64,000 nt of DNA from Fistulifera solaris (Eukaryota). The translations under genes and the position numbers were made by a program. The stretch is from positions 248,001-312,000 of the forward strand of contig AP026135.1 of the NCBI GenBank assembly GCA_030295235.1. The letters are read 5' to 3'. Shown in pieces: positions 48,405 to 59,849 of the stretch (position 1 is its first letter; each line of letters opens with the position of its first letter). The notes under the pieces were generated by a model that made no database searches, was not told the DNA's origin, and saw only the letters and a list, made by a program, of their open reading frames with translations.

Positions 48405-51400
48405 ATGCCTTCTATCATGTCGTTCTTGGGTAAAAAGCGAAAGATCCCGCTTTGCTTGTTGCTGTTAGCCCAGCTTTCTCATGCGCAATACATCAGTTGC
48501 CGCGAGACCCTTACGAGTGCCAATCTGGATGGGGACGCAACGTTGCAGGCCGCCGAAATTCCAGGATTTGTCTTTCATCTCAGTTCCGGAATCGTTGATG
48601 CCGCTTCGGTCGATAGTTTACCCGTGCCTCTTCAAACCGTGTTCAGTTCCCGGGCAAATGCCATTAACTTGCTAGGAATATCGGATCCGACGGCTGCAGC
48701 GGCTCTTCTCGAATTAGAGACGTTCTGCGATGATGTATATAACGCCTTGGGAGAGCATCTGGGGATTGCCATAACGCAAAACGCTTGTATTGGAGCTCTA
48801 CAGACGGCCGATACCAGTCCAGGGAACGGCCGCGTCAGTTTCGAGCCGGAATTTCTCGCCTTTACCACCAGTCTGGCCGGAACCGATTTTGGCGTCACGA
48901 CGGCCGCCGAGTTACCGGCGGGCCTGATTCGCGTCTTTGATGATTTTTCCGGCGGGACGGACGTGAAGAGCTCGGCTGGATTGGAATATCTGGTTCAATT
49001 TTGTCAGCGGACAGCGCTGCAAGCGAAAATCGAAGTCGACAAACCCGACTTGCCGGCCACGACGCCACCGACACCACCTCCGGTGGCTTCCACTAGCCTA
49101 CCTGTACCTCCACTTTCCACCAGCCCACCTGTACCTCCGATGGTTGCTCCAACGCTAAGTCCTGTAGCTGCGGCCCCAATTTCACAACCAACAGCGCCGG
49201 CTCCCGTAGCGGTCGACTCCCCAATTCCACAACCAACAGCGCCGGCTCCCGTAGCGTTCGACTCACCGAGTCCAGTAGAAGCGCCGACATCGACCGGATT
49301 TGTGCTGACTGATGAATTTTACGCAAGTTGCTTAACAAGTATGCAATCATCTGATCAAAATGGAAACAATCTCATGGAAAGTTCAGAATATCCAGCTTTT
49401 ATTGATGGGATACTGGAGGGCACTTATGCGGAAACACCCTTCACTGAATTAGACCCACTGTTTCAAACGGCTTTTAACGAAATGGCGGTAGTAAGAGATA
49501 GCATCAATATATTTGGGGCAAAACCAGGAGAGTCACCAGACGCAGATCAGACTTCTTATCTACGGAAAGTTTGCTCCGCAGCGGGTCAAGCCGATTTCGA
49601 TCTCAACAGCGATGGTGGAGAATCGACGCCAGTTCCTGCTCCTGCTGGTTCGGAAACAACATCGCCAGCTCCCTTGGCGCCAGTCGATGGATTGGTGAGT
49701 CCGGAATGTCAGGCAGCGATTGATGCCGGTGGGTCATGGTCGCAAGATTCATATGCGCTGTTTGTGCAAAAGCTTGCACCCAGCTTGGACGGGACCTTTG
49801 AGACGCTTCCTTACTTGCTACAGGACAACTATAGGTGGATCATGAATGGAGAAGATACTATCATGATACCCGATACGCCTTATGGTGAGGCATATTCTCG
49901 CTTTATATGCGATCGGACACAGAGGCTCATTGACCAGCCCGAAAAAGGCCAAACGCTGGAGGAGCAATGTGTGATAGCGTTAGAAATCGCTGCCAGTGAC
50001 GGTGCAACTTTATCGCAGAACGAATACGTTGTCTTCTTAAATCAAATATCAGGATTCGCATGGGAAGGAATACAATTTGACGCGTTAGATTTGCTTTTGC
50101 GAGATGTATTTGAGGAGAATGAAGTAGAGGGGAAAGCTGTGGCAAGCTCGAATGACTTCTGCGAAGCGGTGTCACAAGCCCTCGGAGCTACACGCGCTGA
50201 AAATGCTTTCCACCAACAGTGCATAATTTCACTGTTAGCGGCTAACACCGATCTCGACAATAGCCTATCAACAGCGGAGTACGCAGAGGTCGTTTCTACA
50301 CTTGATGGTAGCACGGACGCCGTCGCCGCATTCGATGATCTTTCTAGCGATGCAAAAATAAATTATGAACTATTTGCCGAGGATAACGGTGTTCAAGTGT
50401 CAGGCCTCCTTACACCAAATCGAACTCAGGAAGACTCGGAATCTCTGCGAGGCTTGTGCGATAGTATCAGAGCAATCATTAATGATCCCATTGATAGTAG
50501 GAATGCCACTCGAGTGACAGTATTTAACGCTTTTGTTCTACAAAATGATTTGGGGTTCACACAGAGAGACTTGGAGACAGGAGTACTACGAAATACTCTA
50601 GAAAGCGCCTACCGAAACTTTGTAACAGCACAAGTGGCGAAGCTGGTCAAGCCCACAGGCGGCCGACGGAAGCTCTCTGCTATTGTCCTACTAGATGATA
50701 CTATTCGACTGTATCGGATTGAAGACAACCAATGTCCAAGTGGAGCAAGCGGTAGTTGTCAAAGAGTTTATGGTTCCTTTGACGTGGAAGCCGCGCAGGA
50801 CGATTCAAATCTCTCTAGTGAATACTCTTCAGCAACTCAGGCAGCAATCGATGATGGTGCATTACAAGACGAGGTCACCAAACTTGACCCAGACTTTGAG
50901 TTGGTTGTATTTTCCTCGTCAGAAGTGTTGCGCCCTGGTGAAGGGGTTTATCCTAGTGCTAGCACGGGTGGAAAAGATAAAACCGTCCTTGTAAGCGTCT
51001 TGACAATTCTTTCCGGGGCTCTATTTGGAATGCTTGGTGCAGCTGCAGTGGCCTATTATATTGTGCGAAAAAATCTTCCCGCACCAGGAACTGAGACAAA
51101 CCCCGTGAAGGCAGACCCGGAGCTGGCTTTGTTCGACCATTTCGACACGAATGATGAGAATAACCAGACAGAAGCGCCTACAGATGATCCATATGGGCAC
51201 CTTGCCCTTTTAACAGAAAATCCCGAACTACAAGCACCAGGGATGTATCCGAACAGAGCCGAAGTGAGCAATCTGAGGAGTTTGAGCGGTATGCCATTGA
51301 CGCAGATGAGGCTAATCAGAATTTTAATTTCCCCGCTTCTCAAGCTACGTCTGACGAACAGAGTGACGATGAAGGCAGTATTAACAGTGACGCCATGTTT

Positions 51401-52699
51401 CAAAAAGAGGAGAATAGATGGAGCAACAACTCGCCAATCATCTCTCCGGTAAATGAACGCGGAAGAAAAGAGGAGGTAGATGCCCAAGTCACTAGCCCTG
51501 GTCAAAATCAATTTAGTTATGAAAAGGAGGACCATTTGGACGACAATGATGACGATCCTTATCACATGGATCTTCAACCATTGCAGTATGGAGCGTTAAG
51601 GCAACCGTCTTCGCCTTCTTATGAACAAGTAGGGGCGCAACAGGAAGAATTGGATCAAGTTGAATCATTGAACGCCTCAGCTTTTAATTCTGAATACGAT
51701 CTTCAAAATCTTGAGGACGATATTCAAAACGATAACACGATGCAAATGGCACCGCCCCATGATAGCGACGAAGAGTATTCAGTGGAAGTTCAAGAAGAAT
51801 TTTCTGAAGAAGTTCAAAATGAAGAATTTTCCGAAGAATTTCAAGAAGAAGAATTTTCGGAGGAAATAGTTGAGGAAATGGTCAGTGAGTCTGAAGTCGA
51901 CGTGGAAGATATCGATGAAGAGGGAGAGAGCGAGGACGAAAGAAGTGCCCTCGCGGACGATGCCGATTTGGAAGGCGAGAGCGAAGAGGATGATTGCGAA
52001 GAAGAAAAAAGTGAGCATGAAGAAAGCGAAGAAACAGAAGATGATGGTGAAAGTGACGGTGACTCAGAGAACGATAACGCGGAAGCACCACCTCCTTACC
52101 GAGATGAAATCGCGGCTTTGATGCAACAAGTCATGCCTGATGAAATGGAAAACCTTGACGCAATGCTCGAACAATTTTCGGGAAGGGAAGCTGAATTACT
52201 TGAGACCCTTGAAAATATGGTTAATACCGGCAGTGATGACGATTACTCAGAAGAATGCGAGGACGGTGAAGAGGATGACGAGGACGATGAGCAGGAAAGA
52301 GAAGTGGGCTCAGAGGAAGAAGAAGAAGAAGACGAGAGCGAAGAAGAGGAGGAAGAAGAAAACACTAAGTCAGCCGAAAGCGAAAGTGAAGAAGAACAAG
52401 AAGAATTAGTAGAAGAAAGTGACGCTGGCGAAAGCGAAGGGGAAGAGACTGCAGCAGGAGAAAGCGAAGGCGAAGAATCCGAATCCGAAGCAGCCACTAG
52501 TGAAGAAGAAGAATATGAATCTGATGCAGCTGAAAGCGAAGAAGAGGAAGAAGAGGAGGCTGCTAGTGAAGAGGATTCGGAAACAGAAGAGATTGAGGAA
52601 GAGGAATCGGAAGAAGCCAGCGAAAGTCAATCCGAGGAAGAAACAGAAGCTCCAGAAGCTAGTGATAGCGATGACAGCGATGACAGTGACAGCAGTTAA
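48405..52699 (+). CDS. Divergent paralogue of the 41.7-47.0 kb protein: signal peptide, Cys-flanked EF-hand-like repeats, Pro-rich linkers, SEA-like domain, TM, Glu/Ser-rich tail (frameshifts ~51240-51420)
   Basis: ANLDGDATLQAAE, SDQNGNNLMESSEY, ANTDLDNSLSTAEY; TM VLVSVLTILSGALFGMLGAAAVAYYIV. It shares the PDE..N.D.ML.QF.GREAEL..TL..M domain with the neighbour. Confidence 0.8.
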
Positions 52700-52960
52700 T
52701 AATAGGGTCAGCTAGAAGTTCTTCCTAGTATGTTAAATTACCAATTCCTATAGAAAGTTTTCTTGTCATCTTTTGGCTTCCATACCAGGCTTATTTCTCA
52801 TTATTGTGTTACGTGGTACCCTAGGCGTTTTGTGTCACGTAAACCAAGTCCCGAGTCATTGCCTGAAACAATGATACGTAGTACGTAGTAATTTTGACGG
52901 TACCAGTAGCAAAGTTCTCACTATTTCGACGACGACTCATTTCTTGACGCAGGTGCGACC

Positions 52961-53567
52961 ATGTTCTTACGGTCATCCTTCTTCATTGCCGCTGTGTGGA
53001 CCCTAAGATCCGTGCAGGGACTCAGCTTTTCAACCAAACGTTCCTCCTCAACGAAAAACGATTTACTTGTTCATTCATCAAGGCGTACATTCTTGCAAAT
53101 TGCTCCTTGTCTTCTTTTTCCTCACCTTACCAATGCCGCCATAAAAAATAATCAGACTGTTTTCCGAGAAGGAGAGTCGCTGACCATTGAAGAAGCCAAG
53201 GCGCGGTTTCAAGAAGGACGAACATCAATGAACAATTTGCTGGAAAACTATGACGCCATTGCGGCGAATGGCGGAGACAATGTTCGACGTTATTTAGGGA
53301 CGGTAGGCACTACCTCTGGATTGTATGGTATTCAAAAGGTTCTGCGGACGTTACAAGACGAAGCGAATGATATTGTGGAGTATACGGAAAGTTTGAGTGA
53401 CTTTGAATACTATCTGAGTGCAGCAGACACGGCAGCTTATTCTGCCATATTCGTGGAATATTCCGCCGCGAAAACGAAACCCGAGGAGTTTTTTTGCCGA
53501 TGCGAAGAAAGCCGTGCAACGAATGAGAGCCTGTATGGACCAGATGGCACAAGAATTGGCTCTTTAA
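52961..53567 (+). CDS. Plastid thylakoid-lumen protein (tripartite presequence, twin-Arg), PsbQ-like helical bundle; frameshift ~53490
   Basis: Signal peptide, SRRTFL twin-Arg motif with A-x-A-like cleavage, GGDNVRRYLGTVG. The corrected C-terminus is ...ADAKKAVQRMRACMDQMAQELAL*. Confidence 0.6.
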
Positions 53568-53696
53568 AGAAACACAAGTAGCCCATAGATCAGTTTTTTA
53601 GAAATCATAGTCGAGCCATGTCGTACACATCGCCTGAAGACTGCTTTCATTACAGAAATTTAATGCGTGCGTTTTCGGGTAAGGTACCTGGTAACC

Positions 53697-54242
53697 TTAG
53701 TTCAAAGGCTTAACGCGCACAATAGCCTCCACCTCAACGGAAATGTCGAGGGGTAAACTATTCGTACCGATAGCGGATCTAGCATGTAAACCTCTTTCTT
53801 CTCCGAATACTTCCTTCATCAGATCCGAGCATCCATTTAAAACTTTATGTTGTTCATGAAAGTCGTTGCTCGATTGCACAATCCCAAATAGTTTGACAAT
53901 TTGTTCGACTCGATCCAAATCGCCACCGAGTTCCGTTTGTAAGGTCGCAATTAAATTCAAACCACACTGACGGGCTGCCGCATACCCGTGGTCCAGATTT
54001 TGGACCGAACCGATGGATCCCGTCATCAAAGAGCCATCTTCGAGCATGGGCAGATGCCCCGACAGAAACAGCAAATCACCCGAAGACTGGACGGGGACGT
54101 AATTCGCCGCGGCTTTGGGTGCTGGTGGGAGCGTGATTCCCAGCTCTCGCAGCCTGTTTTCCGTATGTACCATTGAAAGCGCAGTGACAGGAGTAAACGG
54201 CGTGTTGGGAAAGAAGGCGGCGGATAGGAATCCCATGGTCAA
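53697..54242 (-). CDS. RidA/YjgF/UK114 family protein
   Basis: LRELGITLPPAP...ANYVP, LFLSGHLP, VLNGCSDL, HARSAIG..SLP...VEVEAIV. Confidence 0.92.
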   Translation of the reverse strand: MTMGFLSAAFFPNTPFTPVTALSMVHTENRLRELGITLPPAPKAAANYVPVQSSGDLLFLSGHLPMLEDGSLMTGSIGSVQNLDHGYAAARQCGLNLIATLQTELGGDLDRVEQIVKLFGIVQSSNDFHEQHKVLNGCSDLMKEVFGEERGLHARSAIGTNSLPLDISVEVEAIVRVKPLN

Positions 54243-54499
54243 TGAAATGCGCGGTGCTGCGAAAAGATGCGCAAAAGAAACGGTCGCGGCTTACGTCATA
54301 ACTAAGAAACACCTCATGGTTCAATCACGCTAAAGACTAAAGACACCTGTTTGTTGCGAAGAACGCCATAGTGCTTGAATATAGGCAAACTCAAAACGAA
54401 TCATGTCAATATTTAACGCTAGACATCACAGTTTAAAAAAATCGTAAGTAATAAATATTACGACGACAAGGCGTACAAGGAGTTTTTACATTATCATTA

Positions 54500-56782
54500 T
54501 TATAATTGTGAGTGCACGTGTCTCTTCCGAAGCAATGTTAGCTTTCGTTCTGGTTGCGCATTCCGACTCGATATGAGTTTCGATACTTCAATTGCCGTCA
54601 TGTTCCTAACATCAATGTCATCAATTGCAATTAGTCGATCATCTACACAGACCTTATCACCGAGAATAGAGGAGTCCTTGATTGCATAGACCACGGGGGG
54701 ACCCTCGTTTGGAGTATCAATAATGAGACCCAACTTCCCGGCTGGCGCGATAACATCCAGGACTTGTTCATTACGGGCCACGCTGCCAAACAGTCGGGTC
54801 GTTTGATTCGCTCGCACACTACTGCTCCCTCGCGAGCTCACTGAACTGGATGCGGATCTTATGCGATGCTTGTTCTCGTACGCCATCACTGCTTCTGCAC
54901 CAATCTTAACCGGAAACACGGAATCAGGAGCAGACACGACGCTGTCTTCTTCCAGCTTATTGAAATCGTATACTAACGAAGAGCCAGAAGTGGCCGAGTT
55001 CACCGATCGTATTTGATCACGCAAAACGTAAGCCTTGTCGTAATCATACTCATCCGTAGCAACACTATCATAAGTAAGAAAAAGGTGTGAGCAAGGGCTA
55101 GTTAACATGAGCAGTCGATACCAAATGAATAACGTACCTTTGAAGGCCGTAGCTTTGTCCTTTTTCCAAAGAAGCAACCTTCGATATCACCGGTTGTTCG
55201 GGGAGATCTTGCTCTACATCCCCAAATTGATCCTCTGGGAGTTCCGAGTTTGTCGATAGCTCATGTGCTTCGTTGCCTTTGTCTCTTTGACGCTTTCTTC
55301 GATTAAATCCAACAAATGCTGCGAGAGCTAGAGCAACAATCAACAGAGCAAAAGAATACCGACAATACCACCGGCACTCATTCCATCGTCATAGCTATCT
55401 GGTTTATCTGGCTCTTCACCGTTGCCTGCGCCCTCTTGGTCAGGTATGACAGGAATAGCTAAAGGTACCTCGACTTGCCCCATATTTGAGAATGTCTTTA
55501 AGATATTTCCATATTCCTTGTTGCCGACATTGTCTTCAAAAGGCAAGGTAGCGTATTCTTCTGATGACAACGTACCCTCTCGAGCCACATAGGTCAATTC
55601 TTGATCATAAATGATGGTATTGATGGAGGTGTTGGTTTCATCCACCGTCACATTATTTGACACAAACGAAATTTGTGTACTGACATTTTCAACATTGCCC
55701 GCTTGCAAACGGCGTAAGGGACTAGGACCAGGGCCACCCCCGAAGAAGTTCGTAAACCAATCAGCTGTTGCTTTTTCCCATTCTTCGGTTTCGACCAATT
55801 CTCCCGCATTTCTCAACGTTAATTGCAGGCCACGCAATGCTTCGTTCACTACAGATCCTTCCGGTGGAGCCACTGGCGCATTGACACGAGCCGTCGGACT
55901 CGGTGAACCAACACTCGAAGGTGCACTGCTCTGAATCGCGCTGGGTGCGATGGTGGGTGAAATGCTCGGTACCAGAGATGGACTCGTGCTAGGCTGATCT
56001 GACGGCTGAGCTGTGGGTGACGCCGTCGGCGACATCGTTGGGGCGCGCGTTTCTCCCGGCATCAAAGGAACTTCCACTGGGAGCTCTAAATCCTTCCAAT
56101 TCAAACCAGAGCGCAGCCGTTGTCCATACTGTGTATTGGCGTCAAATAAGGTAAAGGGATATCGAGCATAGAAGACGGCCGTGTTGGACCATGGATATGC
56201 TTCAAACGCCACAAACTGCGAATAAATAATCTCTATATACGGGACATTGTTCACGGTATACGTTGTTTGATTTTCGAGTACAACAAAGGTCCGGAAATTG
56301 AAGAGGGGCTGATCACTGGTGGTCATTACTTTCTCATAAAACTGGAGCATCCACTCTTCGGTTAAAGTTTCCCAAATGATAACCTCCTCTTCCTTAAGGG
56401 CCTTCACTCCCTTAAACCGTATTTCGATCATTTCAACATTTTCGCGTACTGCAACAGTTGTCACCACGGTTGGTTCTGGAAGAACGACACTGGGTGTCGG
56501 TGCTAAAGGGGCCGTCGCGTTCGAAGCCACTGGAGCAGATGGAGAAGTTTGATTGGAAGTCGAATTCGTCCCGCCTGTCGTGAAACTAGTATTTTGTGAA
56601 ATTGGCGTCGTTTCATTGGAAAGCGTAATCGTTTCATTCGTTGTTATGTTTTGTTGTGGAGACGACGTGATGGTTCCATTGACGAGAACAGCAGTACCAT
56701 TCAGTGGCCTTGATGGCGCATCGCTTGGTTGCGCAGCAATCTGCCGCAGCAGGATAAAGATCAAAACAGGAAGGAGTCTCAT
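54500..56782 (-). CDS. Type-I membrane mucin-like receptor: signal peptide, P/T/S stalks, two SEA-like domains, TM, Tyr motif, C-terminal PDZ (intron 55065-55137; frameshift ~55345)
   Basis: ORFs 55340..56782, 55098..55343 and 54500..55177 join up. LRRLQ loop; APAGKLGLIIDTPNEGPPVVYAIKDSS...DDRLIAIDD (PDZ). Confidence 0.85.
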
Positions 56783-57288
56783 CAGGAACTTTGCCAGCAG
56801 CTACTATATGGTTGCAGGATGCGTAATAGGAGGTGGCTCTCGACCGTTTCACAAGACCGAAAGGTTATGTGTTCGGCGATGTGAAGCCGGAGTGGCGTGG
56901 TGGTTTCCGGATGTTTTGCTACGCGCGCTTCCGCGACGCGTGATTACGCCTAAATAATCAAAGGTATTTAACAAGAAAGTCGTTTAAACAATGTTATTAA
57001 ATAGGTGGAATGCGCACAGTCTCTTGTATAGTATTATGGCGTTCTAAGAGCTCTTTGTTCAACGGTACCGAGATTACTAGGGCAAACCAAACTCAACAGA
57101 AATACACACGTTTTACATAAGACACTACTTTGAAGAAGACAACAATTCACGACTCATCATTCGTGCGCGACGTATTACCGAATATATAATCATCATGTGC
57201 TTGGTCTCACTTATTCATCACTTAATTACCAATATTGCTAAAACTTGCCATGTAACAAATTGCTGATTCAGCTGGTCTTACGTCCACT

Positions 57289-59418
57289 TTAAGCAGAGAC
57301 GGAGTGGTCTTGACTTTTCTTGTCAAACCTGCGCACTCTACGGAATCCCCGATTCACAATCTTGCACAAGTGACCGCAATAATCAGCATGGGTGTGAAAG
57401 AACTTATGCATTCCTTCCTTGCCCTGATCAGTGCGCCCATGAACATTCTTCCGACAGGTGTATCCGTAAGGATTGTAGTAGTGTATGACAGGATCTGAAA
57501 ACATCAAAACATTGTTCAATTCATCGTAGACACCTTGAAGATCACAAACAAGCCGCTTTCTACCTGAGGCCCAGTAGCTGAAGTGGGAAAATGCCTGTGC
57601 CACCTCAAAAGGACTAAAAACTATTGCGCCCTTTTCTAAAAAAGACAGCTGGTGCCTCCTTTTCCTCGTCTGAGTCTTCTTCGTCTTCCTCACTGCCTTC
57701 TTCGATCATGTCACCTTCAAAGTGAGCAACACGGGTCATATTGATTGCAGCATGGCGAAGACTTTCTTGAGAAAAAATAGGCGCTTCCTTCATACCATCA
57801 ACAAAACCATTGTTGCAATTCCATTTGTGCCACTTGGTGTGGTCAAGTTTGTCTTCGACCAACACACTCAAAACTCCAAGATTGGGGTCGTCCAACTCAT
57901 AAATCGAGCAATCCAGGAAACTGACAGTTGGCGTACGTTGATCGACACGATACGATTCCTTCAACTTTTTGTTAAATTCCTTCGCAAGCCGTCGAGCCAG
58001 TTGTTGCGTTTTGCAAAAAGAAGCTGTGTATTCTTTCCTAGCCTTCTCATTGGAACAATCAACATCGAGGATCAAGCGGCTTTCCTTTGCTACCATTGGC
58101 CTTCCAACAATTGTCCAATGATCAGCGGCAAGCTCGAAGAATCGATAAGCAAATCTTTCAGCTCCTTCACCAAAAGGAACTTTGGCAAATGCCACGTACC
58201 GAGCGCAAGGATGCTGCAACTCTGCTTTTTCGTACTTGTGTTTTCTTCGGTTTTTATTGATACCATCCAACTCAACCCATTCCTTGTAAATTTTCCGCTT
58301 CACTTTATCCAATGAATAGATCCAGAAGTCGTGACAAGAAACTCTCAAAACTACCTGCCCTGCCTTACTGCGAGACTCCCTGAGAATACTTCGGACCTGT
58401 TGTTGCTTCTTTGACTTTGCATCGGTCAACTCGAGTTGGGTCAACGAAATGGATGTTGCAACAGAAGTAAAGACATCTCCGAGTGCAGAAGATGTCATCG
58501 ATGACAGACAAAAGTCGGCATGGGCCCCATAATCATCTGCGGCGTTCACCATGCGTTTAAGCACGTCAAAGTCGTCGTAATCTCCAATAGCAATTGCTTT
58601 GAAAGTGAGACGCCGACCAAACTGCTTGGCTAAATTACCCACTGTGTCCTCTATGATTTGAAAGCACGCTTCCTTGTCCATTCTGTATCCGGTTGCAGCA
58701 TCAGAAGGTCTTCCATCTGTAGGAAAGTGAGTGATACAGCACACGCAGCATTCGGGTTCCGAAGAAGTAACATCTCTGCTTGTTTCAGGCTAGGAAGGAA
58801 AGGTCCATGTCCCCTCGGTGCCACGAGTGTTTCACTGTACAACCTAATAAGCTTGTTGTATAGAACCCAGGAGCAAGGTTCTTCTTCAAAGATCACATTT
58901 GTAGTTTCTCCCAATGTAACAACTGAGATGACATCAGTGAGACCGCCTTCTCCTGTTTCCAATCGACTTGCTAAAAAGTCCAAAGCAATCGATACCCATA
59001 CTGCCGCCAAACGGGTTCTTGTGCCCCATACATCCGCTTGCTTCATACTCCCCAAGGTGTCCACCACCAAAACTGAATTTGAAGTCCAGCAATCAAGATT
59101 GTCCTGAATGTTTCGACGAGCCTTCGTGTACTCCACGTGCATATCCGCGGTCAAAGGAACCTCTTCCAGCTCCAAAGGTTTTGCGTAGCATGTGACCTCT
59201 TCACCGGTTACTTCATTCACAATGTAAGTGATGTCCTTGTAGATGTACATGGCAGCTTTGTCACCGTTCGGTCGAGGATGTGTGCCATATCGAATGCCGT
59301 ACTTTCTCGCAGCTTGAAGATCTTTCTTGTCAATTCCTCGCTGCTTTCGTCGCAATCGCCCGTGTTCTGTTTCCACAAAGGTAATTGCTGAAGTGCGGAT
59401 GGAAGTGGCGCTCTTCAT
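57289..59418 (-). CDS. Alpha-kinase (eEF2K/MHCK family) fused to a vWA domain and an N-terminal DUF4258-like domain (frameshifts ~58720, ~57655)
   Basis: Kinase: PFGEGAERFAY, MVAKES, LVEDKL, KWNCNNG, QAFSHFSY, LVCDLQGV, SDPVIH, GRTDQG..GM..FF.TH...C..LC. vWA: LVVDTLGSM...TDG. N-terminus: TEHGRLRRKQRGIDKKDLQAARKYG. Confidence 0.88.
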
Positions 59419-59849
59419 GATGCCTGGGGTCTAGTATGAAGAACAAATAATGCAAAATCAGCTCGAGCTTTTCTAGTTTTTGCAAGCTTCTCGCATGCTT
59501 AAATAATGAAAGCATGAAGTGGGGTAGCCACATGCTGAATTCTACCGCAGAAGTATACCCAACAAAACACCGCGACGTGGATCGTTTGATGAGGAATAAG
59601 TTCTATTGGTCCGTGAAATTTTAGTTACTTGACAAAGCAAGAAAGATCTATCATCCCAACTTTAGAAAGGTCGCCAAGACGAGGTGCGCGCAATGCAAGC
59701 CCCCATGCGTGACGTACCATTTCTACGTACTATATGTACTGAAAGTCCGCATATTCCCAAATGTTGGTTTTCCTTTGAAGTGCGTGATATCACGGCGGCG
59801 CTAGGTTGAGATGCATAAACAATAACCCGATGCACTATTATTATTGATA

